Source: an uncultured Solirubrobacterales bacterium
GTDB taxonomy: Bacteria; Actinomycetota; Thermoleophilia; Solirubrobacterales; 70-9
Direction: 5' to 3'
NCBI GenBank assembly: GCA_963807885.1
Contig: CAWEDL010000003.1
Coordinates: 343,010-407,009, forward strand
DNA length: 64,000 nucleotides
Every line of letters begins with the position of its first letter. The first letter of the stretch is position 1. The notes below the pieces were generated by a model that was not told the origin of the DNA, did no database searches, and saw only the letters and a list, made by a program, of their open reading frames with translations. The position numbers and the translations under genes are program-made. This document shows, one piece after another, positions 32,289 to 43,618 of this stretch.

Positions 32289-32408
32289 CTAGCGGGTCGG
32301 CTTCCAGTCGACCAGGTCGGCCGTGCTGCCCTTGTAGCTGCGGTCGATCAGGAAGAGGACGCCGATGATCAGCGCCAGCATGCCGAGGGTGAGCAGGACG
32401 AAACCCAT
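32289..32408 (-). CDS. possible 39-aa single-TM micro-protein
   Basis: ATG 32408 to TAG 32289: MGFVLLTLGMLALIIGVLFLIDRSYKGSTADLVDWKPTR. The frame continues past the TAG into the coiled-coil ORF. Below the track length cutoff. Confidence 0.3.
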   Translation of the reverse strand: MGFVLLTLGMLALIIGVLFLIDRSYKGSTADLVDWKPTR

Positions 32409-32455
32409 CGGGATCAGGATACGGCGCCGGGCCGCTTCACCTTTAATCCCCTGCC

Positions 32456-33657
<1,202 letters not shown>

Positions 33658-33742
33658 GCCGACCCGCCAGCAACTTCTGTCGCCTTTTGATCCCTATGGG
33701 CATAAGAAAGCGACAGAAGTTCGGCGGTAGCCTCGCGCGGCG

Positions 33743-34532
33743 ATGAGCAAGCTCAGGGAACTGGCGAGTGTCGACGGGACGATGACGCCCGACCGCCGAG
33801 GCAACGGTGCCGATGAAGGACGACGGCCTCTACCGCGGCGACGGCGCCTTCGAGGTGATCCGTCTCTACGAGGGCAAGCCGTTTGCGCTCGGCGATCACC
33901 TCGACCGGCTGAGGCGCTCCTCCGCCGCGATCGAGCTCGAGTTCGACCGCGCCGCTCTGGAGCGGGAGATCGACGCGCTGCTCGCCGAGGCCGGCGACCC
34001 CGACGGGCAGCTCCGCCTGATCGTCACCCGCGGCGGCCGTCGCATCGCGGCAGTCGAGCCGATCCCCGCCCACGCCGAGACGCTCAGCGTCGCCACCGTC
34101 ACCTACTCCCCCTCGGTGATCCTCAACGGCGTCAAGTCACTCTCCTACGCCGCCAACATGCAGGCGACCCGGCTCGCCAAAGGACAGGGCGCCGATGAGG
34201 CGGTGCTGGTCAAGCCCGACGGGACGGTGCTCGAGCCGCCGACCTCGGCGATCTTCTGGGTCTCCCCGCAGGGAGCGCTGCGCACGCCTGCCCTCGACGT
34301 CGGCGTGCTCGAGTCGATCACCCGCGACCGCCTGGTCAAGGCCCTCCACGTCGAAGAGGGCGCCTGGCCGGTAGCCGACCTGCGCGCCGCCCAAGAGGCC
34401 TTCCTCGCCTCGACCACGCGCGAGATCCAGGCCGTCGCCGCGATCGACGGCAAAGCGCTGAGCGAGGCACCCGGCCCGCGTACGCGCGAAGCGCAGGAGG
34501 CCTTCGCGGCGACGCTGGGACGCGAGCTTTGA
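33743..34532 (+). pseudogene. class IV aminotransferase (branched-chain amino acid aminotransferase / ADC lyase family), probable N-terminal frameshift
   Basis: GTG 33807 ORF: PMKDDGLYRGDGAFEVIRLYEG...HLDRL. The upstream ATG 33743 frame gives MSKLRELASVDGTMTP, which fits the family N-terminus if one indel near 33790 is assumed. Confidence 0.75.
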
Positions 34533-34563
34533 ATCGAGACGACACCGAGAAAGCAGGGATGAG

Positions 34564-35743
34564 ATGGACTTTCAGCTGACCGACGAGCAGCGCCTGATCT
34601 CCGAAGCGGCGCGCGAATTCGCCGACAAGGAGATCACCCCGAGGGTGCGCGACAACGACCGCGCCGCCCGCTTCGACCGCGAGCTGGCCAGCAAGCTGGG
34701 CGAGGTCGGCTACCTCGGCGCGCCGGTCGCCGAGCAGTACGGCGGCCGCGGCCTCGACTACATCGGCTACGGCCTGATCGTCGAGCAGGTCGGCCGCGCC
34801 GACTCCTCCGCCCGCACCGTCGTCTCCGTGCAGACCTCGCTCGTCGCCGGCTCGATCGAGAAGTGGGGCAGCGAGGAGCAAAAGCAGGAGTGGCTGCCGC
34901 GGCTCTGCTCGGGCGAGGCTCTCGGCTGCTTCGGCCTGACCGAGCCCGACACCGGCTCCGACGCCGCCAACCTGCGCACCCGCGCCACCAAGACCGACTC
35001 GGGCTGGTCGATCAGCGGCCAGAAGATGTGGATCAGCCTCGGCAACTTCTCCGAGGTGGCGCTGATCTTCGCCCAGACCGACCCGGCGAAGAAGCACCGC
35101 GGCCTCGCCTGCTTCCTCGTCCCGACGGCAAGCGAGGGATTCACCACCCAGGAGATCCACGGCAAGCTCGGCCTGCGCTCCTCCGACACCGCGGAGCTCT
35201 CACTCGACTCGGTCGAGGTCGGCGAGGACGCGATGCTGGGCGAGATCGGCGACGGCTTCAAAGTGGCGATGAGCGCGCTCGACAACGGCCGCTACTCGCG
35301 TCGCCGCCGGCTGCGTCGGCATCTGCGACGGCTGCGTCGACGCCTCGGTCGCCTACGCCAAGGAGCGCAAGCAGTTCGGCGTCCCCCTAGCCCGCTTCCA
35401 GCTCGTCCAGGAGATGATCGCCGACATGATCGTCAAGCGCGACGCCGCGCGGATGCTGGTCTACCGCGCCGGCCTCCTCAAGGACGAAGGGCTGCCGAAC
35501 ACGACGGAGACCTCGGTGGCGAAGCTCTACGCGACCGAGTCGGCGGTCGAATGCGCCAACCTGGCGATCCAGGTGCACGGCGGCGCCGGCTACGTCGACG
35601 ACTACCCGGTCGAGCGCTACCTGCGCGACGCGCGGGTGACGACCCTCTACGAGGGCACCTCGCAGATCCAGAAACTGATCATCGGCCGCGCCGCCACTGG
35701 GATCAACGCGATGATGCCCTATGAGCCGAGCGAGCAAACGTGA
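34564..35743 (+). pseudogene. acyl-CoA dehydrogenase, one frameshift
   Basis: ...CFGLTEPDTGSDA...MSALDNGRYS | VAAGCVGICDGCVDASVAYAKERKQFG...LYEGTSQIQKLIIGR. Extra base at CGCG 35297-35300. Confidence 0.9.
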
Positions 35744-35794
35744 CAGTCTGATTCTTCGTGAAGCGAGCGAGGCGAATGCTTGATCGGGGGGCAT

Positions 35795-36569
35795 GTGACT
35801 GAACAGGTGCAGGTCTCTGTCGACGATTTCCACGTCGCGCTGCTGCGACTCAACCGCCCCGAGGCGCGCAACGCCCTCTCGCCGGAGGTGATGGAGGAGA
35901 TCGCCTCCGAGCTGGAGCGGCTCGACCCCGACCCGGAAGTGCGCTGCATGGTCATCGCCGGCTCCGACGACGTCTTCGCCGCTGGCGCCGACATTCGCGC
36001 GATGAGCGAGCGCAGCTTCGCCGAGGCCCTGCGCCACCCCGCCGCTTCTTTCTGGCGGCGGGTCGCCGCGGTGAAGACGCCGCTGGTCGCGGCGCGTCTC
36101 CGGCTACGCGCTCGGCGGCGGCTGCGAGCTGGCGCTTGCCTGCGACATGATCGTCGCCTCCGACACCGCCCTCTTCGGCCAGCCCGAGATCACCCTGGGG
36201 ATCATCCCCGGCGGCGGCGGCACCCAGCGCCTGGCGCGCGTGCTCGGCAAGCAGCGGGCGATGGAGTACGTGCTGACCGGCCGCCGCTTCGACGCCGGCA
36301 TGGCGATGAGGTGGGGCCTCGTCAACCAGGTGGTCGGCAAGAACCGTTGGCTGGAGGAGGCGATGGAGCTGGCGCGCACCGTCGCCGAGCGCCCGCCGAT
36401 CGCCGCCCGCCTGGCCAAGCAGGCGGTTCTGGCCGCGGAGGAGTCGGGCCTCTCGGCCGGACTGGAGAACGAGCGCCGCCTCTACGAGCTGGCGATGGCG
36501 ACCGAGGACCGGGTCGAGGGAATGCAGGCCTTCCTCGAGAAGCGAGAGCCGAAGTTCGAGGGCAGGTGA
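35795..36569 (+). pseudogene. enoyl-CoA hydratase (crotonase family), one frameshift
   Basis: ...LNRPEARNALS...FAAGADIRAM...KTPLVAA | VSGYALGGGCELALACDMIVAS...FGQPEITLGIIPGGGGTQRL. Extra base at CGCG 36093-36096. Start is GTG 35795 or TTG 35780. Confidence 0.9.
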
Positions 36570-37765
36570 GCACCAGACGCGGGGTAGAGCGGGTCGGCGT
36601 CATCGGCGCCGGCACGATGGGCGCCGGCATCGCCCAGATCGCCGCGTTGGGCGGCTACGAGACGCGGCTGCACGACCCGGCGTCGGCGGCGCTGGAGGCT
36701 GGAGTCGAGCGCTTGCGACAGGCGCTGGCAAAGGGGGCGACCAGGGGTCGCTGGAGCGATGACGGATGCGGAAGCCGCCAGTGCACGGGTCGGGCGCCGC
36801 GACAAGCCTCGACGACCTCGGCGAATGCGATCTCGTCGTCGAGGCCGCACCCGAGGACCTGGAGCTGAAGCGCGAGCTGTTCGCCGCTCTCGCTGACGTC
36901 TGCGGCCCGAAGACGATCCTCGCCAGCAACACCTCCTCACTGCCCGTGACCGCAATCGCGAGCCGAGGTTCCGCAGCCCGACCGGGTCGTCGGCATGCAC
37001 TTCTTCAACCCGCCCGCGCTGATGAAGCTGGTCGAGGTGGTGGCGGCGAAGAGCTCGAGCAAGGCGGCACTCGCGACGACGACAGAGGCAGGGCGGCGCA
37101 TGGGCCGCACGCCGATCCTCGCCAAGGACAGCCCCGGCTTCATCGCCAACCGCCTCGCCCGCCCCTTCAGCCTCGAGTCGCTGCGAATGCTCGCCGAGGG
37201 GGTCGCCGACGTGGAGACGATCGACCGGGTCTGCCGCCTCGGCGGGGGCTTCCGCATGGGCCCGTTCGAGCTGATCGACCTGGTCGGACTCGACGTCAAC
37301 CTCAGCGTCGCCCGCTCGTTCTACAGCCAGGGTGGCGAGCCGGAGCGCTGGCGTCCCAGTCCGATCCAGGAAGAGCTCGTCGCCGAGGGACGACTGGGCC
37401 GCAAGAGCGGCCGTGGCTTCTACGCATACGGTGCGAGCCCACACCGCAGCGACGACCCAGACCTCGGCATCGAGGCGCCCACGCTCGACCCGGCGGAGCT
37501 GGCCAAGATCGACCCGGCAGCGGAGACCATCCTGCCTCGCCTCTTCGCCCAGATCGCCAACGAGGCCGCCTTCGCCCTCGAGGAGGAGGTCGGCTCGCCG
37601 CAGGACATGGACACCGCGATGCGCCTCGGCTTCAACTGGCCGCGCGGCCCGCTGGAGCTGACCGATCTGATCGGCCCCGAGCGCGCCATCGTTCTGCTCG
37701 AAGAGCTGCGCACCCGCGGCAACGGCGATGCCTACCTTCCCGCCCCGACGCTCGGCGCACGATGA
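36566..37765 (+). pseudogene. 3-hydroxyacyl-CoA (3-hydroxybutyryl-CoA) dehydrogenase, three frameshifts
   Basis: GTG 36566 overlaps the hydratase TGA. VGVIGAGTMGAGIAQ Rossmann motif; DLVVEAAPEDLELKRELF...ASNTSSLPVTAIAS | EVPQPDRVVGMHFFNPP.... Shifts near 36745, 36793 and 36963. Confidence 0.85.
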
Positions 37766-39589
37766 GCGAGCGGGACTTCGAGGAGGCGCGCCGCGGGCTC
37801 GTCGCCCGCTTCGACCCGCCGGTGGTCGAGGACGAGCGCGGCCGCGTCGTCTGGGACCTGCGCTCCTACGACTTCCTCGACGGCGAGCCGCCGGACAGCG
37901 CCGATCCCAACCTCTGGCGGCAGAGTCAGCTGACCCGGATCGCCGGCCTGTTCGAGCTGGCGCCCGGCTTCTACCAACTGCGCGGCTTCGACCTCTCCAA
38001 CATGCACGTCGTCGAGGGTGACGAGGGAATCGTCGTGATCGACCCCCTGGTCTCTGCCGAGACCGCGGCGGCGGCGCTCGCCCTCTACCGCGAGCATCGC
38101 GGCGATCGTCCCGTCACCGGGCTGGTCTACACCCACAGCCACGTCGACCACTTCGGCGGCGCCAGGGGCGTCGTCTCGGCCGCGGACGTCGAGGCCGGCA
38201 GGGTTCCCGTGCTGGCCCCGACCGGCTTCCTCCATCACGCGGTCAGCGAGAACGTCTTCGCCGGCACCGCGATGGGGCGCCGGGCCGGCTACATGTACGG
38301 AGCGCTGCTCGAGCGCGGTCCCGCGGGGCAGCTCGGCTCCGGCCTCGGGCAGACCGTCTCGCTGGGGTCGATCACGCTGATCCCGCCCACCGTGGAGATC
38401 GCCGAGACGGGCCAGACAGAGGTCGATCGACGGCGTACAGATGACCTTCCAGCTCACCCCCGGCACCGAGGCGCCGGCCGAGATGAACATCCACTTCCCC
38501 GCGGCGAAGGCGCTCTGCGTCGCCGACAACGTCGCCCGCTCGATGCACAACATCCTTACCCCGCGCGGCGCCCTGGTGCGCGACCCGCGCGTCTGGGCGC
38601 AATACCTCGACGAGGCGATCGACCTCTTCGGCGCCACCTCAGAGGTCCTCTTCAGCGGCCACCACTGGGGCCGCTGGGGAGGCGAGGGGATCGTCGAGCT
38701 GCTGGAGAAGCAGCGCGACCTCTACACCTATCTGCACGACCAGACCCTGCGCCTCCTGAACAAGGGCTACACCGGGCCCGAGATCGCCGAGGCGATCGAG
38801 CTGCCGCCCAGCCTCGCCGACGAGTGGCACTGCCGCGAGTTCTACGGCTCGGTCAGCCACAACACCAAGGCGATCTATCAGCGCTACATGGGCTGGTTCG
38901 ACGGCAACCCGGCCCACCTCTGGGAGCACCCTCCCCAGGAGCAGGCTCGCCGCTACGTCGAGTTCATGGGCGGCGCGGAGGCGGTCCTGGAGAAGGCACG
39001 CCGGTCCTTCGAGTCAGGCGACTACCGCTGGGTCGCCGAGGTGGTCAACCACGTCGTCTTCGCCGAGCCCGAGAACGAGGCGGCGCGGCAACTCCAGGCC
39101 GACGCGCTGACCCAACTCGGCCACGGCGCCGAAAACGCCACCTGGCGCAACTTCTTCCTGATGGGGGCGAAGGAGTTGCGGGAAGGGACCGGTGGGACGC
39201 CGACCGCCGCCGCCCCTCCCGACATCGTCGCCAACCTCTCCGTCTCCCAACTCCTCGACGCGATGGCGATCCGCCTCGACGGCCCACGCGCCTGGGAGAG
39301 CGACCTGCGGATCGACTGGGTTATCGCCGCCCCCGACGAGGAGCACGCGCTGACCATGCGCAACGGGGTCCTGCACCACCGCCCGGGACGCCACGAACCG
39401 TCCGCCGATGCCACCCTGCTCCTCGATCGCGATGCCCTCAATCAGCTCCTGCTCAAAACCGCCGACATCGCCCAGCTCGCCGAGAGCGGCCGCCTGCGAG
39501 TCGAGGGCGACGGAGAGAAGATCGGCGAGCTGCTCAGCCTGCTCGACGAGCCTGACCCCGGCTTCGCGATCGTCACCCCGCGCGGCTAG
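37762..39589 (+). pseudogene. MBL-fold alkyl/aryl-sulfatase (SdsA1-like, with C-terminal SCP2-like domain), one frameshift
   Basis: ATG 37762 overlaps the previous TGA. YTHSHVDHFGG metallo-beta-lactamase motif; ...IAETGQTEV | IDGVQMTFQLTPGTEAPAEMNIHFP...; C-terminal LRVEGDGEKIGELLSLLD. Shift near 38424. Confidence 0.85.
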
Positions 39590-39590
39590 C

Positions 39591-39866
39591 TCAACCGGGC
39601 GGCGGCCTGAGCCGGAACATCTCCTGGTCCACGTAGCACCAGCTCCAGTCCTCGCCGGGCTCGACCGAGCGGATCACCGGGTGGCCCGTCACCTCATGGT
39701 GGGCAGTCGCGTGCTTGCCCGGCGAGTTGTCGCAGCAGCCGATGTGGCCGCAGCTCTGGCACATCCGCAAGTGGACCCAGCTCATCCCCAGCTTCAGGCA
39801 CTCCTCGCAGCCGGCAACCTCATCCGGTGGGTCGGCGTACTCGATCGAGTCGATGTGCGAGCAGAT
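39591..39866 (-). CDS. UBP-type zinc-finger protein; conserved N-terminal Cys/His lie upstream of the first ATG
   Basis: The ATG 39785 ORF gives WVHLRMCQSCGHIGCCDNSPGKHATAHH..TGHPV..SVEPGEDWSWCYVD. The same frame upstream reads I-CSHIDSIEYADPPDEVAGCEECLKLG back to TAA 39885-39887 with no ATG/GTG/TTG. ATC 39866 sits 10 nt after GAGG. Confidence 0.75.
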   Translation of the reverse strand: MCSHIDSIEYADPPDEVAGCEECLKLGMSWVHLRMCQSCGHIGCCDNSPGKHATAHHEVTGHPVIRSVEPGEDWSWCYVDQEMFRLRPPPG

Positions 39867-39945
39867 GGAAGCCGTGCCTCGACCTTAGAGCATGGGATGG
39901 CCCGCCTGATCGCATCGGCGCAGCCCCATCTGCAATGGTGAGCGG

Positions 39946-40428
39946 ATGAGCGGCGCAGACGGAGGCGGGGAGCCGATCACCAAGGAGGGGATCGCGGCGC
40001 TGCGCGAGGAAATCGAGCAGCTCGAAGGCCCTGGCCGGACCAAGATGGCCGCCCGGATCAAGGTCGCGCGCGAGGAAGGCGACCTCAAGGAGAACGCCGA
40101 GTACCACATCGCCAAGGACGACCAGGCGCACCTCGAGACCAAGATCAAGCGCCTACGCGAGCGGCTCCGCACGGCGGTTGTGGTCGAGGTGGACGGCAAA
40201 GCGGACAGCTTCAGCTTCGGCCGCACCGCCGAAGTGCTCGACGAGGAGAAAGGCGCCGTCAACACCTGGACCCTGGTCGGCTCGACCGAAGCCGACCTCG
40301 CCGCCGGCCGCCTCTCAGCCGAGTCCCCAATCGGCCAGGCGCTGATGAACGCCAAACCCGGCAAGCCGGTCAAGGTCGAGACCCCGCGCGGCAGCAAAAC
40401 CTTCGTAGTGCAAAAGCTGCTCGACTGA
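39946..40428 (+). CDS. greA: transcription elongation factor GreA
   Basis: 160 aa with DLKENAEYHIAKDDQAHLE coiled-coil motif and C-terminal FKBP-like domain (SAESPIGQALMNAKPG). Confidence 0.95.
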   Translation: MSGADGGGEPITKEGIAALREEIEQLEGPGRTKMAARIKVAREEGDLKENAEYHIAKDDQAHLETKIKRLRERLRTAVVVEVDGKADSFSFGRTAEVLDEEKGAVNTWTLVGSTEADLAAGRLSAESPIGQALMNAKPGKPVKVETPRGSKTFVVQKLLD

Positions 40429-40430
40429 GG

Positions 40431-41447
40431 CTACGAACCCGGGGTCGGAGCGACCTCGGTGGGCTCGCCGCCGGCTACCCAGTGGGCCTCCGGGCTCGGT
40501 GGCGTGTCGCGTAGGTACCACTCGGCGTCGAGGGCGCCCATGCAGCCGGTGCCGGCGGCGGTGACCGCTTGGCGGTAGGTGCGGTCGACGACGTCGCCGA
40601 CGGCGAAGACGCCGGCCAGGTTGGTCTTGGTCGAGCCCGGCTGGGTGCGGATGTAGCCGTCCTCGTCGGTGTCGACCTGCCCGCTGACGATCTCCGATTT
40701 GGGGATGTGGCCGATCGCGACGAAGGCGCCTTCGGTGCTGAAATCCTCGCTCTCCCCCGTCTCGGCGTTGCGCAGCCGCACGTGGTCGAGGTTGCCCCCG
40801 CCGTCGCCGGCGACGAACTCCTCGGGGACGAAGGGCGTCTTGAACTCGATGTTGGGCCGCTCGGCGGCGCGCTCGCGCATGATGCTCGAAGCACGGAACT
40901 CGTCGCGGCGGTTGACGATGGTCAGGTCGCTGGCGAACTTGGAGACGAAGATCGCGTCCTCCATCGCCGAGTCGCCGCCGCCGATCACGATCACTTTTTT
41001 GCCCTTGAAGAAGGCGCCGTCGCAGACGCCGCAGGTGGAGACGCCGCAGCCGCTCAACTCCAGCTCACCGGGGATGCCGAGCCGGCGCGGCTCCGCCCCC
41101 ATCGCCAGGATCACGGTTTTGGCGAGGTGCTCCTCGTCGCCGAGGAAGACCCGGTGCACGCCGCCATCGTCGCTGAGCTCGACCCGGTCGACGTCGTCGG
41201 TGACGAAGCGGGTGCCGAAGCGCTCCGCCTGGGCGCGGAACTGGTTCATCATCTCCGGCCCCATGATCCCCTCGGGGTAGCCGGGGTAGTTCTCGACGTC
41301 GGTGGTGTTCTGCAGCTGGCCACCCCACTGGAAGCCCTCGAAGACGAGCGGCTCGAGATTGGCGCGCGCGGTGTAGAGGGCGGCGGTGTAACCGGCCGGC
41401 CCACCGCCGACGACGATCACGTTCTCGATTCTTTTCTCGTCTGCCAT
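40431..41447 (-). CDS. trxB: thioredoxin-disulfide reductase
   Basis: 338 aa. VVGGGPAGYTAALY, redox-active CGVC (STCGVCDGAFF), VIGGGDSAMEDA, and GVFAVGDV. Confidence 0.95.
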   Translation of the reverse strand: MADEKRIENVIVVGGGPAGYTAALYTARANLEPLVFEGFQWGGQLQNTTDVENYPGYPEGIMGPEMMNQFRAQAERFGTRFVTDDVDRVELSDDGGVHRVFLGDEEHLAKTVILAMGAEPRRLGIPGELELSGCGVSTCGVCDGAFFKGKKVIVIGGGDSAMEDAIFVSKFASDLTIVNRRDEFRASSIMRERAAERPNIEFKTPFVPEEFVAGDGGGNLDHVRLRNAETGESEDFSTEGAFVAIGHIPKSEIVSGQVDTDEDGYIRTQPGSTKTNLAGVFAVGDVVDRTYRQAVTAAGTGCMGALDAEWYLRDTPPSPEAHWVAGGEPTEVAPTPGS

Positions 41448-41495
41448 CAGTGCCGCCAGTCTAGTCAGATCGATCCGCTCCGAACCTGGAAAACA

Positions 41496-42638
41496 TCACC
41501 GGACATCGGCCTCCTGGCCCGCGGTCCTATCCAATACTTCACTTTGTATAGTAACGCCCCGGTCAATCGGCAGGCCCTCCGCTTCCCAGTGCGTAACACG
41601 GCTGCGAAGCTGGAAGAAGGCGACGACGCCGAACGGGATCGGCAGCCAGAAGGCGACCAGGCGGTAGATCAGGATCGCCGGGAAGACCGTCCCCTCGGGG
41701 ATGCCGAAGAGGACGAAGGCGCCGATCATCCCCGCGTCGACCGCCCCCACTCCCGCCGGCGCCAGCGGGAAGAGGTTGCCGACCATGCCGAGGAAGAAGC
41801 CCTGCACGACGACCGCCAGCGGCACATGCACACCGAACGCTTTGAACGAAGCCCAGAGGATGCCGATGTTCGTCGCCCAGTAGCCGACGGCGCCGATCAC
41901 CGCCAGCCCACCCCGGCCGGGGTGGATCAGCAACCGAAAGCCGAACCTGACCCCCTCGCCCACCGTCGCCATCACTTTGGCCGCTTTGTCGGCGACCGCC
42001 CTGGCGCGGGGGCGGTGCACGTGCGAGGTGAGCCGTTCGCGCAGGTCGGCGGGGATCAGGGCGGCGAGCACACCGAAGATCAACACCAAGCCCGAGATCG
42101 CGGCCGGGACGATCGTCAGCTCGACCGAGGCCTTGCCGGGCATGACGCCGGTGCGCAACAGCACGCCGAAGACGATCAGCGCCAGCGGGTAGAAGACGTA
42201 CTGGAGGGTGAGGAAGGCGACCATGCGCCGCGCCACTTCGTGACGGACCATCCCCGCCCGGCGCAGAGCCCAGTAGGTGAGGGCGATCCCGCCGGCGCCG
42301 CCGGCCGAGAAGAGGCGGGTGGCCGCCACGCCGGCGAGGTTGATGTCGTAGGTCTCGCGCCAAGTGAGATCCAGAACGTCACCTCCCACGACCGCCTTGA
42401 AGAGCGCGATGTAGGTGGCTATCGCGGCAAGCTCAAAGCCGATCGCAACGACGATCCAGATCGCCTCCGCTTCGCTGAGCTTGCTCATCGCGTCGCCGAG
42501 GCCGACCAGCTTCGGGAAGAGGAAGTAGATCCCGATCAGCAGGAGGAGGACGACGAGCAGCGTCTGCGCTACCCGCCGCCGGGTGAGCAGCGGCAGCTCG
42601 AAGCCGCCGTTGTCGTTCACCGGCTGCTCGGGAGACAC
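41496..42638 (-). CDS. UPF0104 / lysyl-phosphatidylglycerol-synthase-TM (flippase-like) family membrane protein
   Basis: 380 aa, ~8 TM, with family-like layout and motifs (FPKLVGLGD...; GGAGGIALTYWAL). Confidence 0.7.
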   Translation of the reverse strand: MSPEQPVNDNGGFELPLLTRRRVAQTLLVVLLLLIGIYFLFPKLVGLGDAMSKLSEAEAIWIVVAIGFELAAIATYIALFKAVVGGDVLDLTWRETYDINLAGVAATRLFSAGGAGGIALTYWALRRAGMVRHEVARRMVAFLTLQYVFYPLALIVFGVLLRTGVMPGKASVELTIVPAAISGLVLIFGVLAALIPADLRERLTSHVHRPRARAVADKAAKVMATVGEGVRFGFRLLIHPGRGGLAVIGAVGYWATNIGILWASFKAFGVHVPLAVVVQGFFLGMVGNLFPLAPAGVGAVDAGMIGAFVLFGIPEGTVFPAILIYRLVAFWLPIPFGVVAFFQLRSRVTHWEAEGLPIDRGVTIQSEVLDRTAGQEADVR

Positions 42639-42647
42639 ACCCGCAAG

Positions 42648-43589
42648 CTACCCGTTGGCCAGGCGCTCCAGACCCTGCAGGCGACGATTCACCGCTTCCA
42701 CCGCCGGCTCGCCGAGCGCCTCACCCCGTTGCACGGCGGCGACGAGGGCCCCACCGGCAGCGAGGTCGGTGACGTAATGCTCGCCCAGATAGACGAGCGC
42801 AAAGCCCAAGGTAAGGGCATACGCCCAGCCCGCCGCCCCGGCGCGGCGCCCCGTCTCGGCAAGGGACATCGCCGCCGAAACCGACGTCGCGAAGTGCAGC
42901 GAGGGCATCGCCGCCCAGGGATTGCCGCCCAGTGCCTTGTACATACCCGGCCAGGCCGATTTCCAGGTGTCTTCCCCGACCTCGACCATGATCCGCCGCA
43001 CCTGCTCACCGCTGTGGCCGTTCTCCGAGGCCCACCAGGGCGGGGCGGTCGGAGCGGAGAAGTAGACGGCGCAGCCGACGTCGAAGACCGCGGCGAGGCG
43101 GCGCGCCGCGCGGGGGAAGTGCTCGGGGTGGCGGAGCAGGATGAAGGCGAGCGCCGCGTAGGGCTCGATAAACCAGAGCCAGTGCACCCAGGTCAGGAAG
43201 CGGTTGAGGATGCCGACGCCGCCAATGCGCGCGAGGGCGCGCTGCAACCGCACGTTGGGCAGCCGGCCGAAGCCGACGAGCCGGTCGGCGACGATCGGGT
43301 AGCGGATCCGCAAGCGGGCGCGGAGTCGCTCCGGATCGTCGTAGGGCAGCTCGTGGACCATCGTGAAGGCCCACATCTGCAGCGCGTACATCGCCACGTC
43401 GCGCTTGCGGGATCGCGGATAGAGGACGGCAAGCCCGAGGGGCCCAGCGGCGCAGGCGGCGACGGTCGCCGGGGCGGGGATCCGCGCCCGGCGGCGCAGC
43501 AGCGGTACCGCGATCGCCGCCCCGATCGCGGCGGCTGCTCCGGCACGCACCGCCTTGCGCAGCGCCGGAGATGGCGAGGTCCCTTTCAT
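42648..43589 (-). CDS. PAP2-superfamily membrane phosphatase/phosphotransferase (IPC-synthase-like PAP2_C)
   Basis: 313 aa. MPSLHFATSV (PSxH) and GEHYVTD (HxxxD) motifs. Polytopic. Confidence 0.75.
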   Translation of the reverse strand: MKGTSPSPALRKAVRAGAAAAIGAAIAVPLLRRRARIPAPATVAACAAGPLGLAVLYPRSRKRDVAMYALQMWAFTMVHELPYDDPERLRARLRIRYPIVADRLVGFGRLPNVRLQRALARIGGVGILNRFLTWVHWLWFIEPYAALAFILLRHPEHFPRAARRLAAVFDVGCAVYFSAPTAPPWWASENGHSGEQVRRIMVEVGEDTWKSAWPGMYKALGGNPWAAMPSLHFATSVSAAMSLAETGRRAGAAGWAYALTLGFALVYLGEHYVTDLAAGGALVAAVQRGEALGEPAVEAVNRRLQGLERLANG

Positions 43590-43590
43590 G

Positions 43591-43618
43591 AGCGCGGCGA
43601 GTATAGGATGGCCGCGCT
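43591..43618. repeat. 8-bp perfect inverted repeat AGCGCGGC-N12-GCCGCGCT filling the divergent intergenic region (candidate operator or stem-loop)
   Basis: Seen directly. The AT-rich centre GAGTATAGGATG lies between the PAP2 start (43589) and the CoxII-like start (43619). Confidence 0.8.

Noticed and set aside
36766-39555. 929-aa ORF suggesting one giant protein
   Set aside because: Only two segments are protein-like: a hydroxyacyl-CoA dehydrogenase middle part and the alkyl-sulfatase N-terminal part. The rest is Arg/Pro-rich out-of-frame read-through of frameshifted genes.
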